Source: Acutalibacteraceae bacterium (GTDB lineage: Bacteria; Bacillota; Clostridia; Oscillospirales; Acutalibacteraceae). Taken from it: a stretch of 64,000 nt of DNA. Made by a program: the position numbers and the translations under genes. Shown in pieces: positions 35,325 to 44,512 of this stretch. Numbering within the stretch: position 1 is the first letter of the stretch; the number at the start of each line of letters is the position of its first letter. The stretch covers positions 5,364-69,363 of the forward strand of contig JAZOXF010000032.1 of NCBI GenBank assembly GCA_045659605.1. The letters run 5' to 3'. The notes under the pieces are model-generated. The model was not told the origin of the DNA. It saw only the letters and a list, made by a program, of their open reading frames with translations, and did no database searches.

Positions 35325-36053
35325 GTGGAAGCGATAAAGACATTAAATTTAACCAAAAAATACAAAGATGTTGTTGCGGTGGATAATTTAAATTTAACCG
35401 TTTTAAAGGGGGAACTTTTCTCCCTTTTGGGTATTAACGGGGCCGGCAAAACAACCACTATTAAAATGCTTTGCGGTTTGACCGAGCCTACAAATGGGGA
35501 TGCTTTGCTTAATAGTAAAAGTATTATAAATGAGTCGGGCGAAGTGAAGAAATTTATTGCCGTTTCACCCCAAGAAACTGCTGTGGCGTCGGGACTTTCG
35601 GTTAAGGAAAATCTCGAGTTTATATGTGGAATTTACGGATTTGACGCTCTTAAGAAAAACTCAAAAGTTTCAGAACTTATAAACCTTTTAGACCTTGAAA
35701 AGGTTGCAAATAAAAAGGCAGGTAAACTGTCGGGTGGTATGCAAAGAAGACTCAGTATTGCCATGGCTCTTATAACCGAGCCTGAAATCCTATTTTTAGA
35801 TGAGCCTACCTTAGGATTAGATGTTATTTCCCGTAGCGATTTGTGGGATATTATTCGTTCGTTAAAGGGCAAGGTTACCATTATTTTAACCACTCATTAT
35901 ATGGAAGAAGCCGAGGCGCTTTCCGATCGAATTGCCATTATGAAGGATGGAAAGTTGCTGATTTGTGATACTGCCTTAAAGATTAAAGAAAAGGCCCAAA
36001 CCGACAACTTTGAGGAAGCCTTTGTGCGCATTGTAAAGGGGGAAACAAAATGA
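35325..36053 (+). CDS. ABC transporter ATP-binding protein (ABC-2 type exporter)
   Basis: Walker A GINGAGKTT, signature LSGGMQRR and Walker B ILFLDEPT. Confidence 0.85.
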   Translation: MEAIKTLNLTKKYKDVVAVDNLNLTVLKGELFSLLGINGAGKTTTIKMLCGLTEPTNGDALLNSKSIINESGEVKKFIAVSPQETAVASGLSVKENLEFICGIYGFDALKKNSKVSELINLLDLEKVANKKAGKLSGGMQRRLSIAMALITEPEILFLDEPTLGLDVISRSDLWDIIRSLKGKVTIILTTHYMEEAEALSDRIAIMKDGKLLICDTALKIKEKAQTDNFEEAFVRIVKGETK

Positions 36054-36781
36054 AAATGTTGACCTTTGCCAACCGAAACGCAAAAGAAATTTTGCGAGAC
36101 CCTATCAATTTAGCCTTTATGTTTGGCTTTCCCTTGGTGCTGATTTTCCTTTTAAGCGCTATTCAGGCAAATGTTCCCGTAGAACTGTTTGTGATTGAGC
36201 GTTTAGCCCCCGGTGTTACGGTTTTTGGTCTATCCTTTATGACACTTTTTTCGGCAACCATTATTGCCAAGGATAGAAGCAGTTCCTTTTTACAAAGACT
36301 TTATACTACTCCTTTGACCGGTGCTGATTTTATATTGGGTTACACCTTGCCTATTATACCTTTTGCCATTATTCAAAGTGTGGTTTGCTATATATCAGCC
36401 TTGATTTTAGGGTTAGATTTTACGGTTAATATTTTATATGCTATATTGTGCATTATTCCAGTTTCACTGCTTTATATTAGTCTTGGTCTTCTTTGCGGAA
36501 GTGTGTTTACCGACAAGCAGGTAGGTGGAATTTGCGGAGCACTGCTTACCAACCTTTCGGCTTGGCTTTCGGGAATTTGGTTCGATTTGGAACTTGTGGG
36601 TGGCGCATTTAAAAAGATTGCGTATCTTTTACCCTTTGTCCATGCTGTCGAAATGGAACGAGGTATTTTAAACGGTAATTTTTCCGATATTTTACCCCAT
36701 TTTTTATGGGTTGCAGTATACGCTGTTATAAGTTTATTGGCGGCGATTTTGCTGTTCTTACGACAAATGAAAAAACAGTAA
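36050..36781 (+). CDS. ABC-2 family transporter permease
   Basis: Six-TM protein overlapping the ATPase gene by 4 nt, with a typical ABC-2 layout. Confidence 0.7.
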   Translation: MKMLTFANRNAKEILRDPINLAFMFGFPLVLIFLLSAIQANVPVELFVIERLAPGVTVFGLSFMTLFSATIIAKDRSSSFLQRLYTTPLTGADFILGYTLPIIPFAIIQSVVCYISALILGLDFTVNILYAILCIIPVSLLYISLGLLCGSVFTDKQVGGICGALLTNLSAWLSGIWFDLELVGGAFKKIAYLLPFVHAVEMERGILNGNFSDILPHFLWVAVYAVISLLAAILLFLRQMKKQ

Positions 36782-36787
36782 TAAAAA

Positions 36788-36819
36788 ACACCCCTACTTT
36801 TAGTGTGGGGTGTTTTTTT
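36788..36819 (+). terminator. Rho-independent terminator
   Basis: ACACCCCAC-TTTTAG-TGTGGGGTGT followed by T7. Confidence 0.8.
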
Positions 36820-36879
36820 GTTGCGTGTGCAACAAATTTGTGATATAATCAATTATTATTAGTCCAAAGGAGAAAAGAT

Positions 36880-37995
36880 ATGATTTATAATGGTTTTGCC
36901 GATAAGCAATTATCCGCCTTGGGTATGGGTTGTATGCGATTTCCTGTTAAGGAAGATAACTCACAAATCGATATGGAAAAAACCCGTGAAATGATAGCCT
37001 ACGCTATGGAGCAAGGTATAAACTATTATGATACTGCTTGGGGTTATCATGAAGGCAATTCCGAGCCTATTATAGGTGAAATTTTGTCAGAATATCCTCG
37101 CGAGAGTTTCTATTTAGCAACCAAGTTCCCCGGTTATGACCTTGAAAATATGGATAAGGTTGAGGAAATTTTCGAAAAGCAAATTAAAAGATGCCGTGTG
37201 GATTATTTTGATTTTTATCTTTTCCATTGTCTTACCGAGAATAATATTGACGCCTATTTAGATCCTAAATTTGGCATTTATGATTACCTTGTAAAACAAA
37301 AAAGTTTAGGAAGAATTCACCATTTGGGTTTCTCGGTTCATTGCAGCCACGAAACAATGAAACGCTTTTTGGATGCATACAGTAAGGATATTGAATTTTG
37401 CCAAATACAATTAAACTGGTTTGACTGGGATTATCAAGATGCCAAAACCAAGGTGGAGATTTGTAAGAGTTACGGTATCCCTGTTTGGGTTATGGAGCCT
37501 GTTAGAGGTGGCTCGCTGGCTAAACTTGATGATTTTTATATGCAAAAGTTAGAAACTTTAAAACCCGATGTTACACCTGCCGAGTGGTGTTTCCGTTTTG
37601 TTCAATCTATTCCTGAGGTAACTATGACACTTTCGGGAATGTCTAATTTTGACCAACTCAAGGAAAATATTGCTACATATAACGAGTCAAAACCTTTAAA
37701 CGAAAAGGAAATGGATGCCATTTTAAATGTGGGAAGGGCAATGGCTTCAAAGAAGGTTTTGCCTTGTACTTCTTGCCGTTATTGCACAACCCATTGCCCA
37801 ATGGAGTTAGATATACCCAAACTTATTGAAACTTATAACGAGTATATTTATTCAAATGGTGATTCCACCGGTCTTGAGGACTTTGAGGAGAGTAAATTGC
37901 CTTCGGCTTGTATTGGTTGCAAGGCTTGTGAGGGTGTTTGTCCCCAAAGTATTGAAATTAGCAAAATGATGAGTGATTTTGCCCAAAAGGTATAA
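36880..37995 (+). CDS. Aldo/keto reductase fused to a C-terminal 2x[4Fe-4S] ferredoxin-like domain
   Basis: AKR core (GMGCMRF, INYYDTAWGYHEG). The C-terminus carries CTSCRYCTTHCP and CIGCKACEGVCP. Confidence 0.75.
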   Translation: MIYNGFADKQLSALGMGCMRFPVKEDNSQIDMEKTREMIAYAMEQGINYYDTAWGYHEGNSEPIIGEILSEYPRESFYLATKFPGYDLENMDKVEEIFEKQIKRCRVDYFDFYLFHCLTENNIDAYLDPKFGIYDYLVKQKSLGRIHHLGFSVHCSHETMKRFLDAYSKDIEFCQIQLNWFDWDYQDAKTKVEICKSYGIPVWVMEPVRGGSLAKLDDFYMQKLETLKPDVTPAEWCFRFVQSIPEVTMTLSGMSNFDQLKENIATYNESKPLNEKEMDAILNVGRAMASKKVLPCTSCRYCTTHCPMELDIPKLIETYNEYIYSNGDSTGLEDFEESKLPSACIGCKACEGVCPQSIEISKMMSDFAQKV

Positions 37996-37997
37996 AA

Positions 37998-38423
37998 ATG
38001 AAAGATTTAATAAAGGCTAAGGAAATTTTGCTTTCGGGTAAATACACCTGTGTTATTTGTAAGGGAAATGAAATTTTCACTTCCGAGTTTAGAGGGGTGA
38101 AACCCCTTGTGAAATGGTATGCCGAAAACACCGAATTAGAAGGTTTTTCGGCTGCCGATAAGGTGGTGGGAAAGGCCACGGCTTATCTATATGCACTTTT
38201 GGGTGTGAAACGAGTTTTTGCCAAGGTTATAAGTTTGCCTGCCAAAGAGGTTTTGGAAAACCACCAAATAGCGGTGGAATTTGAAACATTGGTTCCTAAT
38301 ATAATAAACCGTGCCGGTGACGGCATTTGCCCTTTTGAGTTGGCTGTGCAAGATACTGATGATGCGGAAGAAGCCTACAAAATAATTAGTTTTAAAATGG
38401 AGGAAATGGGAATATCCATTTAA
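37998..38423 (+). CDS. DUF1893 (TM1506-like) domain protein
   Basis: AKEILLSGKYTCVICKGNEIFTSEFRGVKPLV...ADKVVGKATAYL...INRAGDGICPFE resembles the DUF1893 family as I recall it. Confidence 0.5.
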   Translation: MKDLIKAKEILLSGKYTCVICKGNEIFTSEFRGVKPLVKWYAENTELEGFSAADKVVGKATAYLYALLGVKRVFAKVISLPAKEVLENHQIAVEFETLVPNIINRAGDGICPFELAVQDTDDAEEAYKIISFKMEEMGISI

Positions 38424-38429
38424 CCGACT

Positions 38430-38948
38430 ATGCTTATAAAAAAATTGACTTTAACGGCAATGTTTTTGAGTTTAGGAATTGTCTTGCCAATGTTTTTTGG
38501 ACAGGTTCCTCAAATTGGAAGTATGCTTTTGCCAATGCATATCCCTGTGTTCTTATGCGCTTTTATATGTGGTTGGAAATATAGTATTCCAATGTCTTTT
38601 ATATTGCCGCTTTTGAGAACGGTGCTCTTTTCAAGACCTAAAATGTATCCCGATGCAATTGCTATCGCTTTTGAATTAGCGGCTTATGCATTGGTGGCCG
38701 GTGTGTTATTTGCCTTATTTAATAAAAAAGACTTGAAGGCTATTTACACAAGTTTAATTTTTGCTATGATTTTAGGCAGAGTTGTTAGAATTGCGGTGCA
38801 AATGGCATTGTTAGGATTAAAGGGGACACCTTTTACCTTTGGCGGTATTTTTACTGCTGTGGTAATAACCGGCGGTATTGGCATTTTACTCCAATTAATT
38901 TTAATACCCCTTGTAATGTTTGTTTTAAAGGATAAAGTTAGGTTTTAA
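38430..38948 (+). CDS. ECF transporter S component (substrate unknown)
   Basis: 172 aa with 5-6 TM helices. LTAMFLSLGIVLP...LLPMHIPVFL is a typical S-component pattern. Confidence 0.5.
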   Translation: MLIKKLTLTAMFLSLGIVLPMFFGQVPQIGSMLLPMHIPVFLCAFICGWKYSIPMSFILPLLRTVLFSRPKMYPDAIAIAFELAAYALVAGVLFALFNKKDLKAIYTSLIFAMILGRVVRIAVQMALLGLKGTPFTFGGIFTAVVITGGIGILLQLILIPLVMFVLKDKVRF

Positions 38949-39001
38949 GGTGAATCTGAGTTCGCTTTTAAATAAAATTTTGTTTGGAAAGGACAACTAA
39001 A

Positions 39002-41110
39002 ATGAAAAAGATAGTAGCGCTTTTAATAGTTGTGGCTTTGATTCTAGGTATGTTTTCCGGTTGCGACAGTGAATCAAATTTGTCAACGCTTGCCTATCAC
39101 GAACTTCCTTCTTATGATGAGGTTGGGGATGGTTATGAATCAAATTTCACTGAGGATAACCGAAACATAGATTTAATTTATGCTGAACCCGAAGAACACC
39201 AAGATTATATTGATTTGTTACTTGATTCAGGCTTTAAAAAGTATGCGGAAAATAAAATTGGTGATAACTGTTTTACCACCCTTATCAACCAAAAAACAAC
39301 CGTAACTGTTAACTATAGAGCATGTAAAAAAGAGTTAAAGATTATGTCCGAACCTCGCGGTGATCTTTATCCCCGCGAAAAGGATAATAAATATAAAAAT
39401 AAAAAAATCCAAACTTTACTTACCGGTTTTAAGGGTGAAAATGTTGTCGCTTACTCGGGAATGGGAATTATCATAAGACTTTGCGACGGTAGTTTTCTTA
39501 TTATTGACGGTGGCGCCGGTGACCCTGATTCGGTTGACTCTAATAAACTTATGAACATTCTTCGTGAGCAGTCACCCGAAGGCACCGAAAAACCCGTTAT
39601 TGCGGCTTGGATTTTAACCCATAGCCATAATGACCACATCGGTGTGTTTAATGAATTTGCTGATGATTTTCACGATCAGGTTGTAATTGAAGGAATTTAT
39701 TATAATTATCCCCCTACTAATAGAATGACCGAAAGCCACTCTCGTTTTATGAGCGCATTAGAAAATTACTATGCCGATGTGCCTACATACAGATCAATTA
39801 CAGGTCAAAAGTATTATATCAGAAATGCTGTTATTGATATGCTTTTCTCCTATGAAGACCATTTGCCTCAAACCTTTAATGGCGGCGGTATGAGTGACCT
39901 TAATCAGGCCTCTTTGATGTTTAAGATTGATATTGAGGGTCAAAGCATTATGATAACCGGTGACGGTTGTGATACAGGTATGCAACAAATGGTATTGTGC
40001 TATGGTGATTACCTAAAGAGTGATATTTTCCAAATGGCTCATCATGGACAAAACGGTTTGGTTGATTTTAACATTAAGGTTGATCCCACTTATGTTATTT
40101 TGCCTGTTGCATTTCCGGCTTACGAAACCCATTACACTAAGATAGATGCGAACTGTTGGTTGGTTGATAGCAAGAATGTTCGCCAGTTCATTGATTTTGC
40201 TAAAACCAATGTTACAATTCCGTTGCCTTATAATCCAGCCGATGATGAAATTATAGATAGAATACCTAATTGGTCCACAAATTTACCAACCTATCCAACC
40301 CTAAAAGCCGAGGTTGTAAAACCTGCTAAAAAGGTACCTGAAGCGTGGTTTGATTTAGGGTTTAAGGATGGCGTAGCATACGACAAGGCAGGCAATTTAA
40401 CCGTTACAATGCCTAAAGGAAGCGTTGAAGAAACAACCGTAAAGCACAACAAGAAAAAATATAATGTTACAGGCTTTGTGGGTGATGAAGAGGATGAAGG
40501 TCTTCTCTTGAATCTTCCTTTTAATAGCGCTGAAGAATATACCAAATGGTTAATGGGCGGAAGTACATTTGAGGTACTTTTGCAAATTAATAAGTATGGT
40601 GACGAAAGAATTGACAACGGACAAGATATTACAGGAAATGCAAGTTTGTTCGGCAACTTCAATTTTGGCGGCGTATCACTTTGCGGCCGTGATTACCAAG
40701 GCAAAAGTCAGTTACAGTTTGTTATGGGTACGACTATGAAAAACGGTGTTACTAATCCTTGGGGCAACTATGCTTGCGCCGCAAGACGTTGGATGAACGA
40801 AGGCCCTGTATTTATGGAAGAGGGCAAGGTTATTCACTGTGTTGGAACCTATGACAAAAAAACCAATACAATGAATATTTATTATAACGGTATTCTTGCG
40901 GCTTCCGGTTCTTTTGGTAAAGGTGAACTTGATTTGGGCTTAACCGAGTTCAATGTGCTTGGAATCGGTATTGATCCTTCTTCTTATCTATCTTCTTTCG
41001 GTAAGACCGGTTCCTTCACTTTGCTTGGAGCAAAACTTTACAAAACTGCTTTAAGTGAATCTGAAGTTTTGGCGGAATATAATAACTGTATTAAAGGTCT
41101 TAAAAAATAA
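39002..41110 (+). CDS. Lipoprotein with an MBL-fold metallo-hydrolase domain and a C-terminal LamG/concanavalin-like domain
   Basis: MKKIVALLIVVALILGMFSGC lipobox. MBL motif LTHSHNDHIG and later HHG. The C-terminal ~230 aa are beta-rich with a LamG-like ending (LLGAKLYKTALSESEV). Confidence 0.6.
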   Translation: MKKIVALLIVVALILGMFSGCDSESNLSTLAYHELPSYDEVGDGYESNFTEDNRNIDLIYAEPEEHQDYIDLLLDSGFKKYAENKIGDNCFTTLINQKTTVTVNYRACKKELKIMSEPRGDLYPREKDNKYKNKKIQTLLTGFKGENVVAYSGMGIIIRLCDGSFLIIDGGAGDPDSVDSNKLMNILREQSPEGTEKPVIAAWILTHSHNDHIGVFNEFADDFHDQVVIEGIYYNYPPTNRMTESHSRFMSALENYYADVPTYRSITGQKYYIRNAVIDMLFSYEDHLPQTFNGGGMSDLNQASLMFKIDIEGQSIMITGDGCDTGMQQMVLCYGDYLKSDIFQMAHHGQNGLVDFNIKVDPTYVILPVAFPAYETHYTKIDANCWLVDSKNVRQFIDFAKTNVTIPLPYNPADDEIIDRIPNWSTNLPTYPTLKAEVVKPAKKVPEAWFDLGFKDGVAYDKAGNLTVTMPKGSVEETTVKHNKKKYNVTGFVGDEEDEGLLLNLPFNSAEEYTKWLMGGSTFEVLLQINKYGDERIDNGQDITGNASLFGNFNFGGVSLCGRDYQGKSQLQFVMGTTMKNGVTNPWGNYACAARRWMNEGPVFMEEGKVIHCVGTYDKKTNTMNIYYNGILAASGSFGKGELDLGLTEFNVLGIGIDPSSYLSSFGKTGSFTLLGAKLYKTALSESEVLAEYNNCIKGLKK

Positions 41111-41120
41111 GCAATAATTA

Positions 41121-41151
41121 AATCCCGATGAGTAATCATCGGGATTTTTGT
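41121..41151. terminator. Bidirectional terminator
   Basis: AAATCCCGATG-AGTAAT-CATCGGGATTT followed by TTG. Confidence 0.75.
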
Positions 41152-41152
41152 T

Positions 41153-41455
41153 TTAAACTGTGTAATCCATACAAGTTCTGGTTTCGGTGTAGGGGCGAAC
41201 ATATTTGTTTGCTACCGCAACATGTAATGGATGGTTTGCATAGTTTTTAAGGGCTGCTTCATTCTCAAAAAGTGAGTCAAGCATAATCTCGGCATTTGAA
41301 GTGGGGAGCGGGTCAATGTTGACCGTAATTTCTTTAAGTCCTGCAATTTTGGTAGCAAGACCTTCAAGCGCCATTTTGATGTGTTGCTTAATTTTAATTT
41401 TTTCGTTTTCTTCTATATCCGACTTTAAAGTCCACAAAATAACATGTTTTACCAT
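41153..41455 (-). CDS. Dabb (stress-responsive alpha/beta barrel) family protein
   Basis: MVKHVILWTLK... about 100 aa, with HPLHVAV near the C-terminus. Start at ATG 41455. Confidence 0.65.
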   Translation of the reverse strand: MVKHVILWTLKSDIEENEKIKIKQHIKMALEGLATKIAGLKEITVNIDPLPTSNAEIMLDSLFENEAALKNYANHPLHVAVANKYVRPYTETRTCMDYTV

Positions 41456-41519
41456 AAGGCACCTCCCTTTTAGTATATTCAAATTATACAAAAACAGATA
41501 GGATTTGTAAAGTGTGGGT

Positions 41520-42476
41520 TTAGATTAGTTTCTTGCAAAATTTTAAAAAGTAAGATTTAAAAGGCAAAAATACAATGGCGCCAGAAAGATTAAAAAGTGT
41601 GTGCACTGCTGCCACTCCGGTCATATCGATTTTTGAATTCAGAAATTTGAATTTAAAAATCATAATTGCATATATAATGATAAGGCAAATAAAGGAACCT
41701 AAAACATTGACTCCCAAATGAAGCCAAACAACCCGTTTGGCGTTTTTGTTTGTTCCAAATGAAGAAATCCAAGCAGTAACACAGGTGCCGATATTGGCGC
41801 CTAAAACCAAGGGGATTGCGATTTTGTAGGTTATGGGATTTGTAAGGGTTAAGGCTTCAACAATACCTATGGTTGCGGAGGAGGATTGTATAATCCCTGT
41901 AAAAACAGAAGAAATTAAAAGGGCGGTCAGGGGGCTTTCCAGGTTTAAAAGAAAGGTTTCAAACCAGTCAAGGTTGCTTACAATATTCACGGCGCCTGAC
42001 ATTAGTTCCATTCCGTACATTAAAAGAGAAAAACCCATAAGGGCAAGACCGATGTTTCGTTTTTTTAAAGTTTTGCCCCAAAATTTTATTGCAATTCCTA
42101 AGAATGAAAGTAAAGGCACCCAAAAGTGCGGGTTTAGAAAGGTTAAATCTAAGCCGGTAAGACTTATAATCCAAGCATTAAGGGTAGTACCTACATTAGA
42201 ACCTAAAATCACCCCAAAGGTGTTTTCAAAAGGGAGTAAGCCTGAATTTACAAACCCCACAAGCATAACCGTAAGGGTAGAGGAGGAGTGGAGAAGGGCA
42301 GTGAGACCACTTCCTAAAATTAAACCTTTAAAATCGCTTGTTGTAGCTTGTTTTAAGGTTCTTTCCAGTTTCCCACGAGATAAACTTTTAAGGCTGTCAC
42401 TCATTACACCCATACCGTAAATAAAGATAGCCAGTCCACCTAAAAGGGTGACCCCAAAATAAAAAAACTGTGTCAT
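41520..42476 (-). CDS. Na/Pi cotransporter family membrane protein (no PhoU-like tail)
   Basis: GLAIFIYGMGVMSDSLK...LHSSSTLTVMLVGF and a second repeat IQSSSATIGIV. Start at ATG 42476 after GGTGA. Confidence 0.7.
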   Translation of the reverse strand: MTQFFYFGVTLLGGLAIFIYGMGVMSDSLKSLSRGKLERTLKQATTSDFKGLILGSGLTALLHSSSTLTVMLVGFVNSGLLPFENTFGVILGSNVGTTLNAWIISLTGLDLTFLNPHFWVPLLSFLGIAIKFWGKTLKKRNIGLALMGFSLLMYGMELMSGAVNIVSNLDWFETFLLNLESPLTALLISSVFTGIIQSSSATIGIVEALTLTNPITYKIAIPLVLGANIGTCVTAWISSFGTNKNAKRVVWLHLGVNVLGSFICLIIIYAIMIFKFKFLNSKIDMTGVAAVHTLFNLSGAIVFLPFKSYFLKFCKKLI

Positions 42477-42514
42477 ACATATCACCAGTAATATATATGA
42501 CACAGTTAAATTAA

Positions 42515-43906
42515 TTAAAACTCTAATGATTTTTCAATGTATTCTTTAAGGTCAGTAATGGGAATACGCTTTTGCTCCATAGTATCACGGTCACGAACGG
42601 TAACGCATTTGTCTTCTAACGAATCGAAGTCATAGGTGATACAAATAGGAGTACCAATCTCATCCTCACGGCGATAACGCTTACCGATTGAACCGGTCTC
42701 ATCATAGTCAACCGAGAAGTATTTGGAAAGTTCATTGTAAATCTCGGTAGCTTCGTTGGATAACTTCTTGGAAAGAGGAAGAATTGCAGCCTTAAAGGGA
42801 GCGAGAGCAGGATGGAAGTGCATTACAACACGGGTGTCACCCTTCTCATCGGTTTCTTCGTCATAAGCGTTGCAAAGGAAAGCCAAAAGAACACGGTCAG
42901 CGCCCAAAGAAGGCTCAATAACATAAGGAATATACTTTTCGTTGGTTTCGGGGTCGAAGTATTCCATTGCTTCGCCCGAATGTTTGCTGTGTTGGGTAAG
43001 GTCGTAATCGGTTCTGTCAGCAACGCCCCAAAGTTCACCCCAACCGAAGGGGAACAAGAACTCGAAGTCGGTAGTAGCTTTAGAATAGAAGCAAAGTTCA
43101 TCCTTGTCGTGGTCACGAAGTCTAAGACTTTCCTCATCAATGCCTAAATCTAAAAGCCACTTCTTGCAGTAACCGCGCCAGAACTCAAACCACTCAAGGT
43201 CAGTACCTGGTTTGCAGAAGAATTCAAGTTCCATTTGCTCGAATTCACGGATACGGAAAATGAAGTTTCCGGGAGTGATTTCGTTACGGAAAGATTTACC
43301 GATTTGTGCAACACCGAAGGGAACTTTTTTACGGGTTGTACGAGCGATGTTTTTGAAGTTTACGAAAATACCTTGTGCAGTTTCGGGACGAAGGTATAAA
43401 GTAGAAGTGCTGTCCTCGGTTACACCTTGGAAGGTTTTAAACATAAGGTTAAACTTACGAATATCGGTGAAATCTTTGGAACCGCAGTGGGGACAAGCAA
43501 TGCCTTTTTCTTTGATGTATTCCATCATAGCGGCATCATCCATAGCGGCAGGGTTATCATCTAAACCATTTTCAGCAACATAATCTTCAATAAGTTTGTC
43601 GGCTCTGTGACGGGTTTTACAGGACTTACAGTCCATAAGAGGGTCAGAGAAACCACCTAAGTGACCAGATGCTACCCATGTTTCGGGGTTCATTAAAATT
43701 GCGCTGTCAAGACCTACATTGTAGGGGCACTCTTGAACGAACTTTTTCCACCAAGCCTTTTTAACATTGTTTTTAAGTTCAACACCCAAGGGGCCGTAGT
43801 CCCAAGAGTTGGCAAGACCACCGTAAATTTCACTTCCGGGGTATACAAAACCTCTGCCTTTGGCAAGGCTTACGATTGTTTCCATACTTTTGTTTTCGTT
43901 TTTCAT
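42515..43906 (-). CDS. glyQS: Glycine--tRNA ligase (alpha2 GlyQS type)
   Basis: [49 protein letters not shown] and a C-terminal anticodon-binding domain. ATG 43906 follows AGGAGA. No T-box is seen upstream. Confidence 0.95.
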   Translation of the reverse strand: MKNENKSMETIVSLAKGRGFVYPGSEIYGGLANSWDYGPLGVELKNNVKKAWWKKFVQECPYNVGLDSAILMNPETWVASGHLGGFSDPLMDCKSCKTRHRADKLIEDYVAENGLDDNPAAMDDAAMMEYIKEKGIACPHCGSKDFTDIRKFNLMFKTFQGVTEDSTSTLYLRPETAQGIFVNFKNIARTTRKKVPFGVAQIGKSFRNEITPGNFIFRIREFEQMELEFFCKPGTDLEWFEFWRGYCKKWLLDLGIDEESLRLRDHDKDELCFYSKATTDFEFLFPFGWGELWGVADRTDYDLTQHSKHSGEAMEYFDPETNEKYIPYVIEPSLGADRVLLAFLCNAYDEETDEKGDTRVVMHFHPALAPFKAAILPLSKKLSNEATEIYNELSKYFSVDYDETGSIGKRYRREDEIGTPICITYDFDSLEDKCVTVRDRDTMEQKRIPITDLKEYIEKSLEF

Positions 43907-44053
43907 AATATCTCTCCTAAAAAGGTAAATATATATAATTATTATAAAGTATATAATATCTAAAAATGAGCTAAAAGTCAACAATGAATTGACTTGACAT
44001 ATTAATTTGTTTGGTTTATACTTATTGTATTAATATTCTAGGAGTAATTATAA

Positions 44054-44332
44054 ATGGCTGATTTTTTAACTTATAAAGAGTTGCCTTTGGTTAGAAAGGG
44101 CAACGAAATTTATTATGGTGATATGGCAGAACCCGTTGTGGTTAAGTTTGAAGTTTTATCTACTACCAAAACCGAGGGTGGAGAAATTCCCCAAAAGGTA
44201 AAGGTTATTTTATTAAAAAGTGATACCGAACTTCCCTTGAAAGACAGAATTATGAAGGAAACAACCAAAGAAACCTTCTTTGATGCTTTGGATGTTGGTT
44301 TTGTGTGGCTTGAAAGAGCAAATAAAAAATAA
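44054..44332 (+). CDS. Hypothetical small protein (92 aa)
   Basis: An ORF with an AGGAG SD and a downstream terminator. No motif recognised. Confidence 0.4.
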   Translation: MADFLTYKELPLVRKGNEIYYGDMAEPVVVKFEVLSTTKTEGGEIPQKVKVILLKSDTELPLKDRIMKETTKETFFDALDVGFVWLERANKK

Positions 44333-44347
44333 TATTAAGATAATTTG

Positions 44348-44382
44348 GCGATGTGACCGTTACCGGTTGCATCGCTTTTTTT
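44348..44382 (+). terminator. Rho-independent terminator
   Basis: GCGATGTGACCG-TTAC-CGGTTGCATCGC followed by T7. Confidence 0.65.
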
Positions 44383-44512
44383 ATGCCATTTTTCAGTAAA
44401 AAATAAATGATGAATAAAGGCCTCAAATCGTTGCAAAAAAGGAAGTAGTATGTTATAATATATATTAATTATACCTATTTTAAGGGATGTTGTATTTCGG
44501 GAGGGTGAAAAT

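Noticed and set aside
43907-44053. Looked for a glycine T-box upstream of glyQS, which is common in Firmicutes.
   Set aside because: Only ~140 nt of AT-rich sequence with a promoter-like TTGACT...TATTAT is present. There is no AGAGA box, specifier loop or T-box (GGTGGTACC) sequence.
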